A DNA stretch of 64,000 nt from Tubulanus polymorphus (GCF_964204645.1 NC_134028.1:1178001-1242000), one strand, 5' to 3'; counted from the first letter of the stretch, positions 13,326-27,415 are shown. Translations and numbers: made by a program. The notes: a model not told the origin generated them from the letters alone.

Positions 13326-16300
13326 GCTAACACGTTAAATTTTATCAAGACCTTTTTAATGACAATCTTTGTACAAAATTAATCTGACACATTAAAATGT
13401 TCCCGCATCGAAGCATTTTACTTCTTGCGTCCATCAATTAAACAGCGAAACAATCTTATTTCATAGTTAATGATATATATTAACCAGGCGTACTTATTTG
13501 AAATGCCCGTCCGCTCTGAGCAAGCGTGCCACGTCGGACACTAGATAGTCATTACAAGCACCAACTGATTAGTGTCATCATATGTAAATGTCTGTTGTGG
13601 TCATTATGACTGAAATCAAATTAACACACGAGGCCAGCACGCTACCTCTAATACACTAAACTTAAGAGGATCCTAGTTGGCATACTTGTCAATCATTTCG
13701 CTATAATTAAGATGGAGTCACATGATGCAGCAGCAGCACCAGCACCAGCGGCGGCAGCAGCAGCAGCGGAAAGTTTCTCCCAGAAGAGACATCACTGATA
13801 CGTTAATACTTTCCATTAGCGTAACCTATGTTTCTTTATATCAGCCAGCGGTGCTGCCCCCTATAAGAAACGAGTCTTAAGCGCGCTAGTTATTGCATAC
13901 ACTGCCGTCGAAGTAACCGATAGTGCTACCATCTAACTAACACGCCAATAGCAGACATCCAAATTAAAAAGCGCGATAAGACCTACTAGTGATGCATCAC
14001 GATATTTCCACCTGCAAGATAAGCAAGTATCATCGGAATCAAAATTCTAAAGAATGGCAAATATGTGGGTGTTGATATTGATATTAACAACATCATGGTA
14101 TATAGCCTTCCTACTATTGATATACGAGATCATTTTTCAATTTTTAAAGAACTGCATTATTATTTATTTAGAAATGAACTGGCAGATAGGAACGCAGTTT
14201 TGCAACAGAAATTTAAATCGCCATTTTTCCAGTTAAGAAAAGATCATTCTTTGAAAGGTTATCTCCATTAGAAGAGTAGATTTTGTTCTAAAATGCAGAC
14301 ACCTGTCATTTCTACCACCCACACCGGAACATCTACCACCGGGCATTCCATCAAATACTACATGAATGGATGAACAGTGTTATATAAGCTGTTGTAATCA
14401 TGCATATAACTTAATCTCACTGACACTTTTTAGTGACGTCTTTTTAGTGACGTTTAGTAACTGAGAAAACATTTGCAGTTAATCTGCAGAGGTTTACAGT
14501 GATGCTAGCACAGTTCTCTAACAACTGATTTCATTAAACATATTCAGGTAACGTTAGACAATAAACTGAAGAGACGTTTGATCACTTTCTGTCAGGAAAT
14601 TTCAGAAAACGCTAGTTAGCCGATCGCACGGTGGCAAATTGTATGAACTCGAGAATATCAGTTGAGAAATGTATGAACGATATCGTGAACTATCTAAAAC
14701 ATCCAACTGCTTTTTTTGCACGGGTCAAGACTTCCGGCCATTCACAAATTTTCTTCTCTACGTCATCGTATTCGTGGGATAGTTAGAAACTTCGCCAATT
14801 ACTTCACACCTACACATTCGCATCAGTTCACTTCCTTATTAATGAATTATTTGTGGAGTATTTGTTCATCGTATCTCACCGATCACAGTACGTCTATTAT
14901 TAATCACCGATATTCAGTTGGTTCCAGCCGAGACAGACATGAAATGAATCCAGAAGGTCTACTTATTGTATATCCGATACAGCTCGTGTAGCGGGTTATA
15001 CTTATCTAATGTAATCTACACTGTATCTCTACTAACAGTAGATTATGCTGACAGATTCAGTCATGTCTCTATAAGAAACCATTTCGTGATTTCAGAAAAT
15101 CAAGAAAAATAGGTCGCAACAGCGAAGTCTTATACACGTTACAAGTCCGTCACAAGTCTGTTACTGGTGCCCCAATTTAGTGAATGCCTGCCCTAAAGAC
15201 AGGGCTATAGGAGGTTTGTAGGATGCGTGTCTTCAAATATAGACTAAATTGTAATTATTTACTGCATATCCCGGGAGAGGTAATGTAAGTGAAGTCATTG
15301 GATCACCTTCATGATATGACACCATTCACTATTGACTCCTCCTCAACTCATGCAGAGAGACACTGAAAATAGTCTTAGCTTTTTATCAGTGCTAATCAAA
15401 GGTGTGTAAACCTGTGCTAATAACTCACAACCGGCGCAAGTTCAAAAATATAACGTCCTTAACATTTGATGACAAGTTTTTATCCGGTGATGAAATAATG
15501 ATACATCATGGATCTCACAGCGTACACCACACAGTGCCAGGTTGTTCTGTAGTATCATATGACAAGTTCAATGGCTACATATTTCATGACTGCTGCTAAC
15601 ATGCTGGATATTTATGAGTGAGCAATAAATGATCAGATAAAAGCGGATATGGAATAAATCATATGTGATTATAATCGGGACCTCTATAGTTCAACTACTG
15701 AACCAGTTGTTTATCCGTATAGAATCCAATCATCGGTTAAACAACACATGAATTCTGTACTTAGTATTTCATTCATATTTAATGCTATTTGATAATGAAC
15801 TGAAGCTACACTTTCATTACCGAGTTCAAAGGTGTTAGTAACATTCTTCTCCCTCATTATCACTGACTGTCAACAGTCGCTAGTTGATATCAGGTAAGTG
15901 GCTAGTTGCCTACAAGACAAAGCTTGAATTGACAACCAGTACAAGTAGTATTGCCTATCTAACAGCTATTAAGCCTTCATTGAAGACCCCTTTTAGACTA
16001 TGCCTGGGTACCATTTTCAACAAGGCTCTGCATTGACCACCTATGATGTAGACATATCGATCAATAGAAGGCTTTGAGGTTTAAAGATGTAATATTACAC
16101 CTTTCAACAGTTCCTTCAACAACTTTAACACTAATAAACAGTCATCATATTGTCATCATTAACTATTGAACCAGTCATTATCGAGTTAGTTTTCATCAAA
16201 GAATGATTCATAATCTGAATATTTCAAAGGTCTAAATGTGATAACTCCATATGAACGCAATAGGTTCTTCCATAACGCGGTCTCTTGTTGTGGCTATTAT

Positions 16301-16716
16301 GCTGAAACTTTCCTACTTTGCCAATTTGCTGCAATAACTATAAATCAATCAGTTTAGCTTCGTTCGTTTTTCACTTTGTTTTACGGCGACGACGCAGATA
16401 GATTTCTGCAGATATTGCGCACTTGTCAACATGAGGGATCAGGGCAACTTGTGACGCTTAATGACATGATAATTGAAATCTGAATGGTAAGATTAAGCTT
16501 CTCTTTCCCATACGAGCCAAACAAAGTAGATTTTGTCTCGTGGTCATAAGGTGAAGTCGTGTCCGCAGCTTTATGCATCCTTCTCGATAACCGGCCGCTG
16601 CAACCAAATACTCACCATCATCGCCAATGACAACGATGATGCAGTATAGAATCAATCGATTAATCACTAGCATCGCAGGACAACAATCCAGCGATAAAAA
16701 TAGGACATTTCCGTCA

Positions 16717-17007
16717 GTGAGGATAGATTGAGGGGAGATAGTGAGGGATAGATTGAGGGGAGGAAGGAGAGATAGTGAGGGATAGATTGAGGGGAGGAAG
16801 GAGGAAATATGAGGGTAGATAGTGAGGGATAGATTGAGGGAAGGAAGGAGAGATGAGGGGAGATAGTGAGGGATAGATTGAGGGGAGGAAGGAGGAGATA
16901 GTGAGGGATAGATTGAGGGGAGGAAGGAGAGATGAGGGGAGATAATGAGGGATAGATTGAGGAGAGATGAGGGGAGATAGTGAGGTATAGATTGAGGGAA
17001 TGAGGGA
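16717..17007. repeat. Purine-rich compound minisatellite
   Basis: Core gagatagtgagggatagattgagggga(ggaag) repeated ~8 times with variable linkers. Confidence 0.92.
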
Positions 17008-17100
17008 ACAGTGTTAGCGACAGGGAGATACTGACGGATGGATAGAAGGGAATTGGTGTAATAACCATCGATGAAACAATCAAGAATCCGTATTATGACA

Positions 17101-17283
17101 ATATAGAAAATCCCAACACTCAAGAAAAGGCTTTCCTCTAGTTAATGATTTATATTCGTTTTCACGTTTATCCTAATAGTAATCTTTGACAGTATTCCTG
17201 AAGATGACTATTAGGATAAGTGTGAAACATCATACAAACTACTAGCTCAAGGAAACATCTCAGACTGTGGGATTTTCTTTATT
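17101..17283. mobile_element. Inverted pair of Penelope-like terminal-repeat fragments with degenerate hammerhead core
   Basis: Right arm: tattcCTGAAGAtgactattaggataagtgtGAAACATC...ctagctcaaggaaacat...gtgggatttt. The left arm is its diverged reverse complement. Same family as 26050, 47453 and 56584. Confidence 0.65.
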
Positions 17284-18211
17284 TAATTGGTGTAATGTTG
17301 GTCTAGGATTGTCTGGTGAAGTATATATATCTCAACAGCAAGTACTGTCTAACTCAGTAATTCAGTAAATACTTCTACTGTCGGTTCTCTTCAATATTAA
17401 CACATATAACCTATCATTAAACCGCTGCAACAATGTTATACACCATTTAAACTGCTCACTGTATATACTAAAACCATACATCGATTGATCAATGAATTTC
17501 TGTGGTTAACTAATTTTAGCTTTTTTCCGCTATATCGGAATACATCGGTCAAAACTTGTGCTTCAAGTCTTTATAAAACCTACATCGAGGTCTTACTTCC
17601 AGTAGGGTAAAAATTCATGAATATCAAACTCCAATTTGCTTAACTCCAGTTATGTCGGGGGAGTGTTTAATAAGATTGTTTTCACCTCTTGAGAGAGAGT
17701 TGGATAGAACTAATAATAGAATAGATTATATACATAATATTGCTCAATGATTCTGCTTCGGTTCTGAAACCACACAATATCTGTCTCTATTCATTGATAC
17801 ATACACATACAGCATAATGTCCTGCGGTTAGAGCTAATCATAAATCAGTCTCGAGAATTGATCACCAGGAAACGCGATTGATTTATCATCGCACAATGAA
17901 GCATATTTCACAAAAAAAAAAGAATTGAACCGGTTACGTGATCACGATCCGATACATTGATCGTATAGTATATAAAACACGATTATACACATTCTATTAT
18001 AATTTACATGAGAGAATGACACTAAAGAGATGACGATCCACGGACAGTCGGTCAAAATCAAAATTGGATTTACCCGCCATAAAAAGTTTATCATCGATAT
18101 AAAACTAATGATATCAGTCCGTAAATAAGGAAGTTGATGAAATCAGTCTTTTGAGCAAAAAGAAAATGTTTTCATCGATGTCAACATCACTGAAAAGAGC
18201 CATAATGTCGT

Positions 18212-18226
18212 CCCCTAGATGGCGTG
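18212..18226 (+). promoter_or_regulatory. CTCF-like motif
   Basis: CCCCTAGATGGCGTG versus core consensus CCRSYAGRKGGCRS. Motif match only. Confidence 0.45.
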
Positions 18227-19377
18227 GTAATCGAGCCAAAAAACCTCATAAACTATCATATAAACCTTATCAATAAAATTCTCAAAGTTGCACCGATGAA
18301 AATATCACTGAAATTCTTCTGAACTGATTGTATTTCGCTCCTCGACAAACTGATTGATCTTAAGCTCGTTTACACGATACAGTAAAAAAAACAGTCAGCA
18401 CTTAACTCTAACCTCACACAAAAATAATGAAAATGTCAATGTTACTGTTACTGTTGTTGATATTTACAAGTACACTCAACGCAGCATGCACATCGCAGAA
18501 CAGTTAAACTATTGAACGTGAGAAGCTGAAAAATGCATACCTGACTCAGAACATGTAGCAACGACTCCATCACAGCCACCCTCGAGAGAATTACTTCTTT
18601 TTTAATAACGGACTATGAAACAATTTTCACGCAGACACTGACCGAGAATGATGACAGTTAGATATATGTTCACATGTATCCAGTATTGTTGAACTAGCTG
18701 TATCACAGCGATGACAACACATATATACACACATATATATATATATATATATACACTTACAGGAGAAAGAGAGAGCGGAGAGAGCAGAAAGAGCGGAGAG
18801 ATGGTGATTTCTGGTAACAATCAGATCAGTTGAGTGTTAAATACCGATACAGTTGATTTCACCTAATATTTCTAACCCGATGCTTCATGCGTTCGTCTGA
18901 TCACGTGTACAGTGTATATATCTCTCACATTACTCTTCACTTCATTAATTATAAACCGAATGAATCGGTTAATTAGTGAATTAACGAGATAGTGTAAGTC
19001 GCTCTCACACTCAAAATACTAATTCCTCACAAAGGAGTGAAAATACACTCATCTAAGAAAGCAGCCTCAAGAGGTTATTGAAATGTTCAACAGTCTGGAC
19101 TAATATCCGAGACCAGACATAAATCCTTAAAAGTATAGAAATGTGCTAAGACTGGTTTTATCTGGTCTATATAACGGGTGCCTGTGTGTGATATATTGTG
19201 GAAACTATCGGAAGATAATTCTTCGTTTTACCTTTAAACTCCTAATGGAAGTCACTATTCCTTCCTATGATTACACTGTTTGTAATTATACAGTTGCTAA
19301 GTGACATCGTTCTTCACCTAACAGTCTCTCACCATGTCATATAGTATTAACTGATGTTTATCTAGATTAATTCCAAG

Positions 19378-20002
19378 AGACTCGCTGATCTAGACTAACT
19401 GATCTGGACTCGCTGATCTGGACTCGCTGATCTAGACTCGCTGATCTAGACTCGCTGATCTGGACTCGCTGATCTAGACTCGCTGATCTAGACTCGCTGA
19501 TCTAGACTCGCTGATCTAGACTTACTGATCTAGACTTACTGATCTAGACTCGCTGATCTAGACTCGCTGATCTAGACTTACTGATCTAGACTTACTGATC
19601 TAGACTTACTGATCTGGACTCACTGATCTAGACTAACTGATCTAGACTTACTGATCTAGACTTGCTGATCTAGACTTACTGATCTAGACTTACTGATCTA
19701 GACTTACTGATCTAGACTCGCTGATCTAGACTTACTGATGTAGACTTACTGATCTAGACTTACTGATGTAGACTTACTGATCTGGACTTACTGATCTGGA
19801 CTTGCTGATCTGGACTTGCTGATCTAGACTTGCTGATCTAGACTTACTGATGTAGACTTACTGATCTGGACTTACTGATCTAGACTCGCTGATCTGGACT
19901 TACTGATCTAGACTCGCTGATCTGGACTTACTGATCTGGACTCGCTGATCTGGACTCGCTGATCTGGACTTGCTGATCTAGACTCACTGATCTAGACTTA
20001 CT
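19378..20002. repeat. Minisatellite, 14-bp unit, ~44 copies
   Basis: Unit gact(cg/ta/tg/ca)ctgatct(a/g). Confidence 0.97.
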
Positions 20003-20589
20003 AAGCCACAGATGGACAAAAATATGAGAGCTAAGAATCTGATACGATCTAAAGCCTCAACTATGCAGCCAGTTTCTCGTAGTGATTGAAAGAACATGTC
20101 TGATAGTATCAAAAGATCTTTTTTTCAGTAACTAAGTGAAATGTGCTGATGCTATGATTATCATTACAGTGTATTAGATAATCTCACATTCACACATTCT
20201 TACAATTCAGGTGCAACCACAACATACAGTAAGGATTTACCCCCTTCCCCTGTAGCGAGACTAATTCCTCAGTTCTTCTCATCGGCTATTTCTAACTTTC
20301 TATCACTGCTAAGTGCTTTATATATAGTTACTCAAACAGCAACCGATAGTATTGTATAGTTAGCCGGCAACATTTTCATTCCGTAGCTTAATTTGTTTCT
20401 AAGTAAAAATGTCACGGCGCACAGGTGCAACAGAGAAAACATTACTTCAATTGCTTTAGTATTAAGCATCATTTACTCTAAGACAGAGTGAAGCGATAGG
20501 TATAAAAAACTATTTTTTCTATTCAAAAAAGATTAAAACGCCAGCCATGAGTGAAACATGCGCGGTATTTAAAACTGTGCATAATACTG

Positions 20590-20700
20590 GGGCCGGTTTT
20601 AAAGACTGGTATTACCTTAAACCCGGGGGCTAACTTAATTCATTTTCAATTGAGTTCTAGCCCCCGGGTTAAAGGTAATACCGGTCTATAAAACCGGGCC
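20590..20700. mobile_element. Fold-back MITE, PIF/Harbinger-like
   Basis: ~43-bp inverted arms (gggccggttttaaagactggtattaccttaaacccgggggcta and its complement) flanked by the direct repeat CTG. Confidence 0.85.
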
Positions 20701-22769
20701 CTGGGTTTTATAGTGGCAAAGACTGTTACTGATCAGTGTGAATAAAATCATTTCTAGAGACTCAATGTTCAACTGTGGCAATCGAGGATTCTGCTTGTGG
20801 CAATTGAGGATCCATCAGGTGTCGCCGGTGTGTATTTAGGACACTGATGCCTGGCTTTCTGCTCATAGTCAATCAAAATCTATCCACAATTTCTTTAATA
20901 TCGATCTAGATTAAAATATACTTTAGTATAATGAAACTAGAGTTAATCAAGAGATGTGATTTGCCTAATTTCTGATGCAGGTGACTCAAATATAGATGAA
21001 TGTTCATTTTGGATAGGGATAGCTGGTGCAGCAATGTTTAAATGCAACATATGACCAAACCCTTATTCCAATATCTAGTTTCAAATACTGATACTCTAGC
21101 AGCTATTGGCAAAACGTCCTGTTCCCTAAACGTCTATCAATTATTCATTTTGCCATAAATTTCGAAATGTATAACATCATCCTCAATAGATTTCATTTTG
21201 AAATTCTGCTTATCGAAACTTTGAGGGCAAGTGAAAATAAACCTCTATTCCTCAATATAATGGTAGAAGTCAACGAACTGAATTAAACGGTTAATGGAAA
21301 CTAGTGCTTGGAGATGTAACCACCTATTACTCGATGATAATTAATATATTACACCCGGGCTCGGATAAAGATAATATTACTGGTATTTGAAGACGATTGT
21401 CTCAACGACTGATGTTACTGACAGCTTATCAATCATAGATGGTCTCTCTCTCTCTATAGAAAACCTGACTAACGTTCTAATCATTATTGAAAATATAAAT
21501 CGCCTACCGGGGGCCGACTCTCTCAATTAGTATTTCAACAAAATTTTCATATTCTATTTTCAAACTTTAAGGCAAAGTACATTATTAGAATTAGATAGTT
21601 CGTACCATTGCTAAAACTAGTAATAGTTTGATCGTGTATCAACGTGCAAATCTATTTAGACGAATACGACTGAAAGAGCAGCGATCAATCGTAAAAAATA
21701 CCCCAACTCTCAATCGGTGGCAAAGTCACAGCTCCGCGATCAATAACGCGGATACACACACATCCTTCTTATTACATTACTCACGTCTTATAGCCGGATA
21801 TTTGACCGGGATCCGATACCGATACACGGATGACACCCACCAATACCCTCTCTACCGCTCTCACTTCGACATATCCATTATCTCGAAAATATACTATCAA
21901 CAAAATTTTAGAGACACATTCATCGCCAGGTCTTGTATTTGAATGGTTGACAACTGTCGTTTGGTATCGCGTTGGTTGAGTTTGCGTAGACAGCTGGTCT
22001 AAATGATCAATTCCATTAATATATCCTATAGTTATTAAATCGAGTTTTTCCTATATGCTTAATACTTTCAATGTCTAGTGTACATAACAAATAGCTACAC
22101 TTTATTTAGATTTCGTATGAATTTCCATCGCAAATAGCTTCATTTACACTCATCAAATCGGCTCTAGTCATAACGACAATGTTATCAATTTTTTTTTAAA
22201 TTGTTGCATAATCATCGTCTTTCCACGCAGAGCAGATTTTCAATCTACCGAAATTTTTTTGCCTTCGAACAATTTGCGAAATAAAGCTCAAATCCAATTA
22301 CGTATTTTAATTAAGATATTAAAAAACGCAGTGAGTTAGTTTTTTCTATCAATAAACAAGCTACGAAATGTCTACAAGAGTTTTAGTTAGATCTCGTACT
22401 TTATGAGGCATGCCAAGTATGTATAGAACCTAATTTGTACCTAGTAGGTGAATAAGAACGTCATCGAATACATGTATGTAAAGGTTAAATCGAATGCTAT
22501 CTATTTAATTCACCATTGACGACAAGTGATTTGAACAAATCAACTTAAATCGTGTTAATGGCTGCCAGTCGGTGTGGTGATGTTCAAATCAAACTCACTT
22601 CGGCAGTATTGATAGAATATAGATTGAACCCGCTGCTACCCGAGACCTAACATAACCTTACACAGTCGTATTGGAAGGAATCATACTCAGGTCAAGTGCG
22701 TGTTAGCATTGAAGACTTCAAACGTTCTACCAGTTCTCATCTTTTCAATTTCCTACTTCGTCGTCGAGT

Positions 22770-23230
22770 TTCTACTGTTCCCTCTTCTCGCCGTACTTCA
22801 AAAGCAACAGGTCATAAGAAAAACTGATTGAAGATTTACACACAAGGTCACCTTCCAAAAAAGTAACTCCTGTAGATGACTTCTGCGAGATTCTCTCTTC
22901 CGCCCTGATGCTAAAGGGTCCTTCAAAATAACGAGATCTATCGGCTTCTATTTCTCATTCTATCTGTTGTTTTGTCTCAGCGCTGCAACTCTTAGAAAGA
23001 CAGATAAATACATAGACTACCGCATTATCAACTTTCAACCTCAGCTTGACAGATATAATCTTCACTTGAAATGAAACTTATCGTAGTCTATGAATTGTAC
23101 GTAAAATCTCATTGAACACCTTGTAATCGCTACCAGAAATTACCATTTCTTCAGAAATGTATAAATTGTGCCTCTTCATTCGTGGCATCGCGCTGGAAGA
23201 TGGCATTGTGCTACTGTTACTGAAGATCAT
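22770..23230 (-). pseudogene. Degraded non-LTR retrotransposon (RTE-like) reverse-transcriptase C-terminal relic
   Basis: One frame with two internal stops reads ...ISVKLRLKVDNAVV...KQQIE*EIEADRSRYFEGPFSIRAEERIS, resembling the LINE pattern S.KTKLKVYNAVV...LEAF..RCLRRILGI.W.DRISN. Recognised by eye only. Confidence 0.4.
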
Positions 23231-23531
23231 CTTATAGAAATCTCACAATGTGAAGATTTAAAAACTAAAATCTATTTAGCCGAAAATTCGGAAGGATTTC
23301 TACTTTACATCTTAAAGAGATTTTTCAATTAGATTTTGAATCTTAGAAGATGGGAAGAAATCCTTCCGAAATGTCGGCTAAATAGATTTTAGTTGTTGAA
23401 CCTTCACATTGTAGGATTTTTATATGATGATCTTCAGTAACAGTAGCACAATGCCATCTTCCAGCGCGATGCCATGAATGAAGAGGCACAATTCATACAT
23501 TTCTGAAGAAATTGTAATTTCTGGTAGCAAT
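23126..23531. repeat. Long inverted repeat (~180-bp arms) centred on a second Penelope-like terminal-repeat family
   Basis: 23129-23300 is the close reverse complement of 23357-23528. The inner part reads (TA)GAAGAtGGGAAGaaatcCTTCC-GAAATGTCgg...ttgtaggatttttata. Confidence 0.9.
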
Positions 23532-24573
23532 AAAAGTGTCGTGATCAACGCCTACAAAAATCCAGCTTCGACAACAAAATACCAATAGCTGTTTGAAGCA
23601 GACATATCAATTATGACTATTCAAACATATGTTTCCAACCAGTAAATACAGGGAGCAGATCTGAGCTGTAAAAACCAATAAAATCAACGTGTCTAATGAA
23701 TGATCCAGACAGCATTATATCAATAATGTTGATTGTCGTATCATTAACCACTTAAATACAACCGCAATAATGAATTCTTCACACCGTGAAACCATTGTTT
23801 TACTGATGGATTTCAGTCACAGGCTGCGAAACCCTTATCATCAAATAATTACGAAGTCAAGAGAACCGTCAAAAGATTACAATCAATGTCAATGAGGTAA
23901 ATATCAAGTGAATTTCTAGATTCAACTAATTCATCCACTCATCCTGACACCCACTCATCCTGACCTACTCTGTGACTCCTGACTCAGTGAGATATACTTA
24001 CTAAACATATGAAAATACTTACACTCACTGATGACAATGATACTGATGATGACACAAAGAGCAAAGATGACAATGATGATGATTCTGTAGCAGGTGTTAA
24101 CCGTTCACCGGGCAATAGGCTCTCTAATGGCATCTACCGACGACCACGCGATCACCGAGTTGGAAAAGCTAACAATCGTTTCCAGGGAAATCCTTTCGTC
24201 AATACATAATCACACTCACCGCTGTCATTACATAAAACCATTTACACACAGTCAGTTGTGTAACGGTGCGACGCAATGCGACGGGTACCACGGTGATATC
24301 GCTCAATGTCGTCGACGTCGTCGTCGTTTTTCAAGCCTTTCATCATCGCCAGTGAAGCCGGTAACAATCCATTTAGTAATATATCGAATCGGTCTGCGTC
24401 GTCGCGAGTTAAATACCGAGCACCACGATCAGATCGAGAGAGAGAGAGAGAATCTGGTGAAAGAAATGAATACTCACAAACCGCGTCATGCTGTGATAAC
24501 ACCGTCGTTGCCACTGTATATTTACCGGTGTCAATTTTTCGTTATTATCAGGAGTTCGTGAATAATGATCGGG

Positions 24574-25363
24574 GGACCCCTCGGACCGCTGCTACAGCAC
24601 CAGGACTCCTCAGACCACTGCTACAGCACCGAGACTCCTCAGACCGCTACTACAGCACCAGGACTCCTCGGACCGCTGCTACAGCACCAGGACTCCTCAG
24701 ACCGCTGCTACAGCACCAGGACTCCTCGGACCGCTGCTACAGCACCGGGACTCCTCCGACCGCTGCTACAGCACCGGGACTCCTCAGACCGCTACTACAG
24801 CACCAGGACTCCTCGGACCGCTGCTACAGCACCAGGACTCCTCAGACCGCTGCTTCAGCACCAGGACTCCTCCGACCGCTGCTACAGCACCGGGACTCCT
24901 CCGACCACTGCTACAGCACCGAGACTCCTCAGACCGCTACTACAGCACCAGGACTCCTCGGACCGCTGCTACAGCACCAGGACTCCTCAGACCGCTGCTA
25001 CAGCACCAGGACTCCTCGGACCGCTGCTACAGCACCGGGACTCCTCGGACCGCTGCTACAGCACCGGGACTCCTCGGATCCCTGCTACAGCACCAGGACT
25101 CCTCGGACCGCTGCTACAGCACCAAGACCCCTAGGACCGCTGCTACAGCACCGAGACTCCTCGGACCGCTGCTACAGCATTGAGACTCCTCGGACCGCTG
25201 CTACAGCACCGGGACTCCTCGGACCCCTGCTACAGCACCAGGACTCCTCGGACCGCTGCTACAGCACCAAGACCCCTAGGACCGCTGCTACAGCACCGAG
25301 ACCCCTCGGACTGCTGCTACAGCAATGGGACCCCTCGGACCACCAAGACCCCTCGGACCCCTG
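24574..25363. repeat. Minisatellite, 29-bp unit, ~27 copies
   Basis: Unit ggactcctc(g/a)gaccgctgctacagcacc(a/g). The 29-aa periodicity of the 353-aa ORF equals three units. Confidence 0.96.
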
Positions 25364-26049
25364 CTAGAGAGCAGAACTATTTAGTAAATAATCATTTTGA
25401 CTAATGAAATTTCCGGGCACCTGAATCAAATTAACTCGATTGATATGACTGCCTTTTGTTTGAACTTTTATTTGATCGTTTTAGGAACTCTTCATGTCTT
25501 AATTGGATGAAATTCTGTAATCAGACGCTAATAGAATATACACTACGACACCTAACACATCTTCACTAGACAGTACTAATAGCAATTATTATGATTATGA
25601 TTATTATTATTATTATTATGACGACTAAACGGATGGGAAATTGATTTATCAGCAGCGGGTGAAACTGCAGTAGCTGTCGCTGACTCGGTGCCGCATTGAT
25701 CGCGTAGCCACAAATAATAGTCTCGCAGTAAATATTAATTACCACACAGAGATCTATGCAACCTGTTATTATTAACACACTAATATTTATGTTAAACAAT
25801 GTAAATGTTCTCGTCCCCTTCCTCCAGACCCCCTAACCCCCCTCCCCGAGGATCTTCTCATTACACACCGCTTTGAGAGGAAAATAATTCTGTATTTCTA
25901 ATGATAACCGATAAAATAGAATGAATATCAACTAATATGAAAAATCAAAGCATTGAAAGCAAAAAAGAAATAATTTCATAGACCAAATATATACACCTCA
26001 GCCACATTAACATAACTTAAGGTTCGGTGGTACTTTTAGCAAGTATTAT

Positions 26050-26095
26050 TTAGTATTCCTGAAGATGACACATCAAATAGCTCAAGGAAACATTC
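26050..26095 (+). mobile_element. Internally deleted fragment of the same Penelope-like family
   Basis: ttagtattcctgaagatgac followed closely by tagctcaaggaaacatt. Confidence 0.6.
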
Positions 26096-27262
26096 TATAC
26101 TTATTTCTGCGATACAACGTGGACTCAGAGCAAGTTTCACCGAGATTGAATATACATCTTACCTTATATGAAATGAGCAACAGTCATATGTCATCTTCAC
26201 AAGAGTGAACAATCATCTATAAGCAATAAAGATAGAAAAAGAAATTTAACAAATAATGCTCCGATTAAGATATCGTTTTAAGTTATTTCTAGTTTAGCAA
26301 AAACTGTTTTAGATGTTACAGACATAAACAAACCAGACCGGACTACAAGATATCTCTAATTGTGTTAGTTTTTCACAAAGAAATGAAGGCACTTTGACAT
26401 CAAAATAAGTTGGAAATCATACTGATCTTGAGGTAAATGTGATATTTTTATGTAGTTGAGCTCTTAAAAGAGTAGCAACTATACTCTCAAACAGTAGACA
26501 AAGTCAAGTCTAAATAAACCTAGAAAACAAAGTTTTGAGAGATCATTTCTCAACCAAGGCATTTAAGATCATTTCACATATAAACTTAAAGTTGAATTTA
26601 AGACCATCATAAAGCTCATATAAACTACTATCAGTAGAGTGCGCAGAGTTGAAGATTGAAATATCCAGTGGCTGCGGTGAAATGATACTTAAAAGAAATG
26701 AATATAGGATAATATGAATCGACTAGTATCAGTTGATTTTCGTGTCCATTCATTCCAACTGCAAGAGATGATATTTCATTACTTTGTAACAGTATATAGA
26801 GGTGTCTAGACACCTAACTTAAACTTGGCACGAGCAACCGTTAATATACCCCGGTATTTCAAATAAAAATATTTCTGTAATTCGAAGTGTACTCGGTAAA
26901 ATAGTGCAAACTGTTGCTTCGAGCAAACGTAATTTTCCGCTGAGCTAAATCACTTTCTTTTTTACAAAATCGAGCAAAAAGTTTTGGCACATGGAAAAAT
27001 ATTTTTTCATTCTGTATCGCGCCCCGGGTTGCCACCCGTGTATCATGTGACATTTACTTGATTGGTTAACCCTCGGCAGTATCTAACACTTGAAATCTGT
27101 TAAGGGAAAACTTTCATATGTTTTGAGGTTTTTGAATAGTTTAGATTTGGGTGGAGTTGAGACATTGACAGTTGAGAATCAGTTTTAACAATATGAATTC
27201 TTTTATATACATACATGAATAGATAGTAGATATTTCTACATTTGCATTAACGACAAAAAATC

Positions 27263-27415
27263 AGTTTCTGCGAGGAGAATTTCTGTGAGGAGTTTCTGTG
27301 AGGGGAGTTTCTGTGAAAAGTTTCTGTGAGGAGAGTTTCTGTGAGGGGAGTTTCTGTGAGGGGAGTTTCTGTGAGAAGTTTCTGCGAGGAGACTGTGAGG
27401 AGTTTCTGTGAGGAA
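27263..27415. repeat. Short minisatellite, 13-15-bp unit, ~10 copies
   Basis: Tandem agtttctgtgagg(gg/ag). Confidence 0.9.

Noticed and set aside
15940-16075. Possible CR1/L2 reverse-transcriptase relic (RPLLDYA in one plus frame)
   Set aside because: One short motif with frameshifts; needs a translated search against LINE proteins.
24306-25367. 353-aa ORF, the longest in the track
   Set aside because: It is mostly a stop-free 29-bp minisatellite cycling through all three frames, antisense to the host gene, with no domain or splice support.
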